DNA from: Folioceros fuciformis
Lineage: Eukaryota
DNA length: 47,725 nt
Reading direction: 5' to 3'
NCBI GenBank assembly: GCA_049999805.1
Contig: JBNGIO010006247.1
Location: forward strand, 1-47,725
Part shown: positions 37,945 through 47,725 of the stretch, in pieces
How the letters are laid out: every line of letters starts with the position of its first letter
Numbering within the stretch: the first letter of the stretch is position 1
The notes under the pieces: generated by a model
Database searches by the model: none
The model's input: only the letters and a program-made list of their open reading frames with translations
What the model was told of the DNA's origin: nothing
Translations under genes and position numbers: made by a program

Positions 37945-38319
37945 ATGGCTTGGTCGATCAGCACAGCCCCCAGCAGCCAGAGACGACCAAGAGAAGAGTC
38001 TGTGGAAAGAAGTACCATCACCGAAGAGGAGAAGCTGAGGAGGAACTATTGGCCATCGTAGGTGGACAGAGCCCTAATCGAGCACCTCCTTCGGACCAAG
38101 AAAGCATGCGAGGAGCTAGAGGAAATGCTGAAATCTACCAAGGCCAAGACTCTGGAAGTGCGGAACTTGGTTGCATCTACTCCAGCCAGAGACACACACT
38201 CGCCCTCACTATTAGATGTTGAGATCAGAGTTCTCGTTTGCGAGCTAAGGAGGCTCGGCTATGTTGGCCAAGTCGACGAGGGAGAGGCACACAGTCAGCT
38301 CCGCGTTGTGGAGAGGTAG
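37945..38319 (+). pseudogene. Antisense extra ORF in the 3' internal region of copia-2 (one internal TAG)
   Basis: accATGG at 37945. ORFs 37864..38061 and 38062..38319 are in the same frame, separated by a single TAG. Confidence 0.4.
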
Positions 38320-41300
38320 GTCTGCTGAAGACAGCCCACGACTGAGTGGTTGTCGATAAGCTTCATCCACTGAACTATCTTCAAGCTAACACGCTGTTGT
38401 ACACTTGTAGAGAAGAACATAGCACAGAGATAGCGAACACAACTGCAGCTTGGGAGTACTAACCTTGTGCTGCCCTTAGACTACAGTAGGCAGGCTTCTA
38501 GGATCTGGTAGGAGTAGGTGAGACAAACTCCCTCAACCCCAAGGCTGCTAAGTGTTTAAAGTGTTTCTGTCTGGACAGACCTTTAGTAAACAGATCAGCT
38601 GTATTCTTGTCTGTGCTAACATACTGCACCTTCACAAGTCCTCATTCAGCCACATCCCTAATCTAATGGTGGTACAACTCAATGTGTTTGGTACGGGCAT
38701 GGAAACGGGGGTTGGAAACCAAGGCAATGGCAGACATGTTGTCACAAAACAAATCAGTTGGTCCAGGCTGAGGTAAGTGAAGAGACTCAAGAAACTAACG
38801 CTCCCACTCTATTTCCTTACAGGCCTTTGTTAAGGCCTTGTACTTAGCCTCTGTGGACAAAAGAGCTAAGGACGTTTGCTTTTTGCACGACCAGTTGACA
38901 GAACCTGAGGCTAGTAGGCATGCATAAGCGGACAAGCTCTTACGAGAATCTGCATCCGAGGCCCAGTATACGTCGACAAAGGAAGTAAGTAAAAATTATC
39001 TCTTGCCACTGCTTGTGTAATGTAATCCATAACTCCAAGTTCCACGCAGGTAACAATACACACACTTAACTACTGCCCAGTGGGATCTGCCTGGATTCTT
39101 CAGGAATTGAGAGACCATACTCACAAAATAGCTGATGTCAAGAAACAGCAAGAAACATTAGGCAACCCACGGCTTCAGCATAAGGCACTCCAAGCATATC
39201 CAACTCCTCCTCAGCAGTTTGAGGGGATTGCTGAAAGGTCAGCTTTTCCCCCATTGCTGAAGGTGTGGCAACTGGACGAGCCTCATGTAAGTTGAATCGT
39301 TTTAAAATATCCTTTAAATACTTAGTCTGGTCCAGAATGACTGTTCCTTGAGATCTATCTCTGAGAATCTGGATACCCAAACAATATTGCAATGGCCCTT
39401 GATCAGTCATTTTGAATTCTGACCTAAGCAAGTCCTTGATCTTATTGAGTTGCGAGATGCTATTGCTCAGGAGGATTGCATCATCAACATAGAGAGCAAG
39501 CACCACAAATAGTCCAGCATCAGCAAGATAAAAGACATTAGAGTCAACTGAGGACTGAACAAAGCCAGACTTGCGCATAAACTTCATTATGCGTTTATAC
39601 CAGGCTTGAGGTGATTGTTTAAGTCCATAAAGTGTTTTTAGCAGTTTGCACACTTTATGAGGCCATCATTTACTAACGAACCCCTCTGGCTGGTGCATGT
39701 AGAGCTCTTCCTCAAGCTCACCATGAAGAAACGTGGTGCACGCATCCATCTGATGCAACTCAAGATCAAACTCAGCTGCCATAGCTAGCAGGATCCTTAC
39801 TGAGGGGGACTTCACAACTGGCAAGAAAGTATCTCCATAGTCAATCCCAGGAATCTGGCTAAACCCCCTCGCAACCAACCTGGACTTATATCTTGAGACC
39901 ATCAGCATTCAATTTTGTTTTGAAAACCCATTTACATGAGATAGGCTTGCGGCCAGGTGGTAAGTCAGCTAACTCCCAAGTGTCGTTCTTCATTAGGGAG
40001 TTGAACTCATCATCAATGGAGACACGCCAATGCTTCCTGTCAGGACCATTAAGCGCTTCTTCATAGCTCTATGGATCAGGCCTAACCTCAGGTACGTGCA
40101 CATCTGTAACATGAGCTGATTGTCTTCTAAAATCAATGAAGTGATATGGTGTCTCAACCCAATTTTCACGTGCTTTGTGTTCTCTCGTAGGGTAGCGAGA
40201 TGAAGGGGGCTCCTCAACAGCATTCTGATCTACAGAAGCATCATCTCCTGCATCTGAAGTAGCACCACCCACAGCAAGTTCATCTAAAACATGTGAGTCA
40301 ATCGACTGGACAGACTAATAATCTCCTTCATCCTAAACTATTACATAATCTGGATTGGCTGCATCATCGTGAACTGCCTCATTATCCTCATCTTGAACAG
40401 GGTCTAACTCAGCTGCTACAGAAGCATCAAGTTGTTCCTCACCGTTAGACTTAGGGTAGTTGTGAAACACTTGTGTTGGTTCTAAGTTTAAACCAGAAAG
40501 CACAGCATCACAAATACTGGTAGGATCTACTGGATAGAGCTGCTCTACAAAGGAATCTAAACAAGGAGAGGTGAATTCAGTGAAGGTAGCACTTCTGGAT
40601 AAGGTAATCCTTGACGTCACAAGATCCAGAAGTTTATAAGCCTTAGACTCTACAGAATAACCTACAAAAAGAAGAGGCTTAGACCTATCGTCTAACTTCT
40701 TTCTTTTATGTTCAGGAACAAGAGCAAAGGCAGGTGAACCAAAGACTTTCAAGTGGAGAAGACTAGGTTTTCTTCCCCAAAATGCCTCATATGGAGTTCT
40801 ACCTGGAAGAGCTGACGTGACCACCCTATTTAAGATGTAAGTGGCACACACAACTTCTTCTGCCCATAAAGACTTGGGGAGAGCAGACCATGACAGCATG
40901 CTCCTTACCATGCCCATTAGAGTCTGATTTTTACGCTCTATAGCTCCGTTCTGTTGCTGCAAATAAGGGACTGAACGTTGCCTAACTATGCCATGCGCAT
41001 TAAAGAGATCATCAAACTATCTGCCAGTAAACTCCCCTCCGTTATCAGTACAAAAGCACTTCACCAGCTGACCAGTCTATCATTGCACCATTTGTATCCA
41101 ACTGGAGATAGTCTCGAACACATCGCTCTTCAACTTGAGGGGAAAAGTCCATGGGTACCGAGAGTAATCGTCCGTCAAGGTAAGATAGTACTCCGCTCCT
41201 CCAAGCAACTTTACAAGCAGCTTTCCAGCAATGTCAACATGTATAAGCTCTAGAACTTGCTTTGCTTGGGTTGCTTGTTTGTTCTTAAAGGGCAGTTCTT

Positions 41301-44093
41301 TTTGCTTGGACAGGATACAAGAGCTGCAAGCTTCAAGATGCTTGAAACAAGGAGGTAATTGCTCACGGTAGCAAGAAGAGTTAGCCATCAAATCAAGTTT
41401 AGAACAATTAACATGGCCCAACCTAGCATGCCACAAATTAGCCTGCACATGAAAAGCAGTAAGCAAAGCTCTAACCTTTTACTTATGTACTGTGACAAGT
41501 TGGTCGAGATCATCTACTAGAATTGCTCGAGCAACATGACTCTTTGGATCTGTGAGATGATAGACATAGCAGGTTTTGTCTTCAAACCTAAACCCATACT
41601 GACGACTGCGAGCAATGGCCCTAATCGACAGAAGGTTTTTACTAATGTCTGGAACAAACAGCACATCCTCCAGCAATAAGGAAGACCCATCAAGAAGAGG
41701 TATGTTCATAGAGCCAAACCCCTTGACCTAAACACCTCGTGAGTCGCCCACAAAAACTGAATGTGGTGATGTTTGCTTGTGAAATGTCGAGAGAAGAGCC
41801 CACGTTTGTTGCAGATGTGCGTCGTGGCTTTTGAGTCGACAAACCATTGTGAGGAATTCCATTTGGAAAGTGTCAGGCAGACTGTAAGGGCTGTAGCTGA
41901 ACTACCAGTCTTCGGCTGTGAGCTGTGATTAGAACCAGCAGACATCTTCTCTTTAGAAGTGGTATGAGCCTCCTGCTTGACTTCACGCTTAGGTTCACTA
42001 GCCTTCTTTTTGCGGCAGTCATGTTCCCAGTGCCCTGGGATCTGGCACCAATTACAGTTGCCTTGTCTTTTCGTCGAAGAGGATGGAGATGAGGTAAAAT
42101 CACTGGATTGCTTCTTGCCTCCTTTATTATCTTTCCCCTTCCAAGGTCCTTTGGCTTTAGTATATAGAACCTTGTCGCCTATGAAGCGAGTGCCTGACTT
42201 GCTCCGGCTTTGGCTTTGCTCCTCTTGCAGGAGTGCCCCAATAACTTCATTGATGTTCAAGGGGAAGGGTTGACCAGCAGCTATAGCTTTGTAGGAGTCA
42301 CGAAGAGCTGAATTCTGACTGGAAACAAAATTCTCGTAGGATGAAGGCAAGCTGGACAACAGTTGGGCAATCGCGTCCAAATCAGACATCTTGCTCCCTT
42401 GCGTGGCCAGTTGTGCCCGCAGGGTGCGCATCCGAGTGACGTGTGCCCAATAGAGTCCCCTTCTTTCATCCTCAAACCATAGAATTTGTTTCGTACAGAA
42501 ACCAAGGTAAGTATGTTGTTAACTTGGTAAGTCTTCGTGAGCTGATCTGAAACTTCAGCAGCTGTCTCTAGAAAGTCCACTTCAATTACTGTCACTTCAT
42601 CAAGTCCAGACAGTAAGATAGCAAATGCGACTTTGTTCCCCTTCTTCCACTTCTCAATCTCATCAGCTGATCCTAGTGGGTTCGATTTTGTAGGATCAAG
42701 AAGGGAGCCATCTACATACTCCCAGACATCACGAGCATTGAGGTTAGCTTTCATTCGAGCTCTCCAGCTCTCAAATCGGGATTGCTTTCCATCAAATCGA
42801 TCCTTCTCCTTAAACTCTCCTGAGTAACTATACATTATTGCAAGATTAGCCGAAGAAGGATTGGTCGCCATAGTGGTCGCCATAGTCTTGATGTTGCTCA
42901 CAGATGGCATGGGTGGGTTGGTGTATAACCAAGAGAAGACATCTTCCTCTGAATCACTATCACTATCAGCAGGGGACTTCAGCATAGCTTGGACTACAAA
43001 CGAGGACCAAAATGTACACTCGGGAGGAGACCAACCCAGAACTGAAGCGGTAAGCCAAAAGTGGAAGTTAGGTCAAAAGAAGTCTCAAAATAAAACAAAG
43101 CAACTTAACCCTAAAAACTTTGTCCCATGACAATAACTGACATGACTGCTTGTACCTGCAGGTGGACGTGGAAGGAATAGACCTATGGGCTGTAGACACC
43201 TGGAGCTCTATAGGTCTGACGGCTAACAACTATTTTTCTCACGAATGTTCGTCTAAATCTGCTGAACAGGAAGCTTCACAGACAGTCGCAAAAGATCTGT
43301 GAATTCCACTCATTCAAAAAATCAGAAATGCATTGATCCTCCATTCTCCTGAGATGGAGCCTTAGGTGGGATCATTATTGGCACATATAGGGCAGCCACA
43401 GGTGGGCAAACTAAATAATCATGTGCTCCTTCTCTAGAATCGCCATGAACTCCAAGAAGAGTTGTAATCACTGACGAAAACTGCTGCAAGGCCATTGTAA
43501 CTTGTTCAAGTGCATATTTGATGACGAACATCCCAATTCCTGTGTTGGAAGAGACTCGCTGCAAAAGAGCCTGAATCTCCTTCTGTCTGTCATGAAATTT
43601 CCTGTCAAAATCGATGCTTGACTTCCTGTTAAAATACTGACATCCTCAATGGTGGTAACAAGTGTTACTTTTTCTACTCGACTCACCACTACTCGAAGGC
43701 TGTCTTAAAGAAGAGGAAGGGCGGCGACATGACAAACCCTATAGCCTAGAAAAATCTAGACAGGGGGTGTTTTCCCCAACATTGGATACATGGTACCTAT
43801 TTCTATTTTTCCGAGGCATTTCATAGTAGTGGATAGTTAAGGAATAGGCTGCCCAGATCCATTACAAACACTAAATGTGCTCTGCGCAGGCTGGCGAAGA
43901 AGAATTTTCAGCCAATCTCTACCTTCATATTCTGTGAGGGTGGAGGTGTTAGGTTTCGTAGAGCGGAGAGCTTTGGAAAATCATATACTTGGCAAAAAAT
44001 GATAATATATATTAAACAATCAACAAAAGGGTTAAGTACTCCATAGACTCAGTAGCTGTTCATTTGTGTCTATCTTATTAGGGCTAACTCCAG

Positions 44094-44121
44094 ATATATA
44101 TATATATATATATATATATAT
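44094..44121. repeat. (TA)n microsatellite in the copia-2 leader
   Basis: About 14 uninterrupted AT dinucleotides. Confidence 0.9.
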
Positions 44122-44893
44122 GACCTATACTTAGCACATGAGTAAAACCCTAGTGACGTGGTTACATAGACCGGGTAGGGTCTTAACAGGAGGTAGGCTA
44201 AAAACGCTTCCTTCACTTGCTGTGCCTAGCACATTGTGTCCGAAGTGGATAGATTACAGCGAAAGACTCAGAGGATCAAACTCTGCTCTGATACCATGAT
44301 ACTAAACCCTCTGACATAGAACACAAAAAGAATGTTGTATATCAAAAAGTGAAAATGTTTAATAAGCAATAGTCTTATATAGTCTTAAGTAAACCCTAGG
44401 TTAAACTAACTAGCCTAACCTGTGAGGTTAACTAAACCCTAACAGTATTCGCTCGAAGCTCGCCAACGGCATTGCTCACAGACGATCCGCTGATCTTCCC
44501 ACGAGGCAATACAACGTCGCAGAGCTCTCACTAGCTGCAGACTATGCTGCTGTATGTATGGGATCCAGCTGTGCAAATGACAGAACACATGGTCAGAGCG
44601 ATCGAGCAAAGGCAAGGGTTGTCGATGTTGCTGGATTGGTGGAGGGTATGGCAAACACAGAGGGTGGTGATTGCTTGCAAGACGACTCCGAGCGTACAGG
44701 GTCCATGGAGCGTGGCTTGGCCGGCCACACCCCGCTTGGTGGGGGGTATGCAGTGTCGTCCCCAGACATGGGGGGCACTCCAGCTATGGGAGACGATGAT
44801 TGTTACATTCTGGACCGATAGCAGCCCCGACGTGGTAGCTCCCCTTAGGCACCGGCGAGAGGGAGACTGAGTCAATCAGGTGCTACGAACGCA

Positions 44894-46151
44894 ATGGGCC
44901 TTCTTGCAATTGCAACTGCCGCCGAGGCGTACGGGGCACTGGTGGCAACTTGGGAGGCAGTGACTCGCTATCTACAGCAAGCAAAGGAGGCAGCATGCTA
45001 CGTAGTGCCCCCGAAGAAGCTGAAGCCGAAGGTAGAGGCCAAAGTGTTTTTCGATATGGTGGACGAGGCGAAGGAGAGGAAGGGTGGGGATGAAGCAAAG
45101 CCAGAGCACACCGTTGTGCTGGCCGAGCTACAGACCATCCTAGACAGAGGGATAGGAGCCGGGGACAGCGTGGGAAGGGCCTTGGTCCATAGGCTAGTAA
45201 CCATACCGGGGTTCAAACTTTATGACGTTGCAACCATCCAGGGGTTTATAGCGGAGCGGACGTCGCCAGCTACTACGGTCATTAGAGTACTCCACAAAAT
45301 GGAACCCAGTATGGACCTGGCAGCGGCAAAGCATGAAGACCTATGGGATGCCTGGGCCGCAAATAATTTGCAGGGACGGTGCACCAGTTTGATATGCTCC
45401 CGTTGCAAACCCGCCACCGCTAGTGGCTCCGCATGCGAGAGAAGAGGGCGCAAGAGGTCGCACTACCATTTAGGGAGGTTGAGGAAAGGAACCTCCATGC
45501 TGCGCAGGAGGCCTGCGACGCGGCAAACGGTGCGATGCGTAGATATGCTCTTACCAACCACACATTGCAGCCAATTGCGGCTCATCTTTGCAGAAGAGCA
45601 CAACGGTCCCCTACGCTGAAGGTGAGGTGCACTTGGTGGTGGTGTGGGTGCCACCATGAACAACCAGGGTTTGTGGTGGGGATGGTGGCTAAGCCAAGGG
45701 TGCGTGGTGGCGGGTGCAAGTGGAGGCAGGTCGGGAGTGTGGGGCGTTGTTCGACCATTTCAGACACCAAGAGGAGCACATGGATGTGTTCTCGGAGCTA
45801 AAGGTTGTGTACATCACTGGCCAAGGGGGAGGAGGGTTGGTGGAAGTAGATACGGTAAACGCGGGAGGTCCATCCAGGAGGTGCATAAGCAAGGCGTGGC
45901 AACAGTTCTGGCTGAACCCCGAGTTCTTGAACTGTGTGTTTGATGCAAGAGACAGCCATGGCCCAAGCAGGTTGCTGTACCACATTAGGCAAGGGAGTCA
46001 CACCACTTGCTTGAGCGAGACAGTTGTGAGTGCCCTCAAACCACGGCCAAGTTCACGGCATTGTATGCCAATGTATGGGATTTGTGTTGACATTTGCGGT
46101 GCACAATGCAGGCACGGTTCTTTGGGTTCCTGTTGTACATGGTGTTGGTGA
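44894..46151 (+). pseudogene. GC-rich fragmented ORF set including a HECT-N-lobe-like segment
   Basis: ORF 44894..45619, then ELKVVYITGQ...DTVNAGGPSRRCISKAWQQF (~45795-45910), which resembles the HECT L.V.F.GE.G.D.GGP.RE.F pattern. Confidence 0.4.
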
Positions 46152-47149
46152 CCGGCGTGCAGGTGAGCATGCTTGGTCGCCGGGCCTCGGCGGACAGCCA
46201 GCGATGCCGCCATGGCTGCCATTAAGAGGCTACAGATGGGCCTGCAGTGTGGGCGGGGAGGACGGGCGGATCTGCCTTGTGCAGTGGGCCGGCCATTGAT
46301 TGGCAACCCTGCAAGCGGAAATGGAGGTGCGATGGAGGTGCAATGGAGGTGACGACAGGAAATGAGAGCTATCGTGAGGAGTGTAGGCAACGGGTGAAGG
46401 AGTCATAAATGTTAGGCGGCGCTGTCGCTTTAACAAGTGGATGGCTGAGATGTGGAGGCGATGATGGGTGGCTTGCACACAGTCGCTGGCTTTTGGGTCG
46501 GGCTTGTCCAGTTCAACTAAGCCATACGTGTCACACATGGCACGAGTGTATGTGGATCTTGCTTGTGCGGCCAATAGGGGGTGCAGTGCCATAACAAGCG
46601 CGGCCATGAGGAGCTGGCACAGTGTGATCAGAGGCGGCACATCCTGCGAGCGTAGTGTGATCGTACGTGGGAGCAAGAGCAGTGGCACTGCGGTCGCACA
46701 AGGGAGGAGGAGCGGCCGCAAAGTGATTGCAGGAGGGGGCAGGAGCAAGCTCAGTGCCATCGCTAGTGCGGGCCCTGAGAAGGGCAGGACAAGCGGCAGT
46801 GGGAAGGTATCATCGACTAAGTGGCAGGCAAAAGGAGGCGTGGGGAAGAGGAGGCAAACGCAGTCCCGGGTTTTAGTGTAGGGGGAAGCCTGTGAGGCGA
46901 CCCAGACATACAGGGTGAGTGCGGTGCACGCGACGGGGAAGGACAGAGGTTCCGCACAGATGCATCATATTGCACAATACAGTGGCTGTTGCATGGTCGA
47001 AAGCTGAAGGACGTGGTGGGAAGGTGATGTGAAGGAGAAGGAAGGGAGGCCAGCAACGGCTTGATAGGTGAAACCCGTGGGGTAGGGGTGGTGAAAGCTG
47101 CGTTGGTGGACGCGGGGTACAAAGTGCCGAGGAGGAAAATAGACGCTGC

Positions 47150-47604
47150 TCTGCGGGCATTGCAGCCGGAGGCGATGGCAATGAGAGCGAGGGTGCGCAT
47201 CAGGCGGGTGTAATACACAAATCAAATGCCATTGTACATGTGGCATATGGACCATAAGTGCGGGCAAGAATTGTAGTTGATTGATGGGTTGCGGTGCAGA
47301 GTGCAGGTGCCTACTAATAGTGGTTGTGGCTGCAGCCTACGACAAGATGTATATGTACCACATGAGGGTGCACGCAGCGATCGATGGTGCCACCCACTAC
47401 ATTACGTGGGCAGTGCTAGCAAACAACGAGAGGGCAGAAACTATCTACGACGCATATCAAGGGGCTGTGGAGAAGTTTGGACACCCACAACGAATGCGGT
47501 TTGACTTTGCTGCTGAGCACAACTTGGTGGAGGCAGATTTCATGCGTGCAAGACCAAGGGAGAACGACAGCAACTTCATAACAAGGCCTACCGTGCACAA
47601 TCAA
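47150..47604 (+). mobile_element. IS3EU-like (rve-type) DDE integrase/transposase core, apparently spliced and degenerate
   Basis: RARVRIRRV*YTNQMPLYMWHMD, then VHAAIDGATHYITWAVLANNERAETIYDAYQGAVEKFGHPQRMRFDFAAEHNLV...FITRPTVHNQ, followed by a GTGAG donor at 47605. The third catalytic residue is not visible in the window. Confidence 0.7.
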
Positions 47605-47725
47605 GTGAGGCTGCAAGGGGTGACGATAGTGGGAGGATGACGTTGCAGTCGTGGTGGCAATGGTGGTGTGTGTGTGCAGGCAGTGTGCGACCATGACAGC
47701 ACCCGTGCAGTAATGTCACACCCTC

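Larger units (their letters stand above)
37586..44444 (-). mobile_element. Ty1/copia LTR retrotransposon (copia-2), defective
   Basis: LTRs at 44297-44444 and 37586-37761; PBS (reverse complement of gctctgatacca, 44285-44296); PPT (reverse complement of tcccctcttaa from 37762). Domains: gag from ~42985, CNWCQIPGHWEHDC, WFVDSKATTHIC, LWHARLGHVN, LELIHVDIAG, QQNGAIERKN, LYVDDAIL, and an RNase H remnant ending ~38550. Confidence 0.95.

Overview
Eukaryotic, not prokaryotic: nuclear DNA of a land plant with a compact genome. Short GT-AG introns, a PLS-type PPR relic, a basal-body-type centrin and plant telomere motifs suggest a bryophyte-grade plant such as a hornwort (inference). Layout: (1) 1-10.4 kb is a repeat and pseudogene zone. 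It holds two divergently oriented CRE-clade non-LTR retroelement copies around a degenerate telomere-like array, several minisatellites, a candidate secreted-peptide gene with a duplicated upstream region, and a decayed PPR gene. (2) 11.5-27.4 kb is a dense gene block: DPH5, ALG6, an At1g72020/COX-X3-like small mitochondrial protein, a DUF3082-like plastid membrane protein, two paralogous kinase-less USP-like genes flanking an orphan decayed coding region, and centrin. (3) 28.3-47.7 kb is a nested transposon cluster. A Harbinger element is interrupted by a Ty1/copia and by a 5'-truncated Tad1/I-like LINE. It is followed by a second copia with an antisense ORF and no TSD, then a GC-rich, apparently intron-containing element pairing an IS3EU-like integrase core with a HECT-like ORF. 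Exon coordinates were deduced by hand, and family assignments come from recalled motifs, not database searches.
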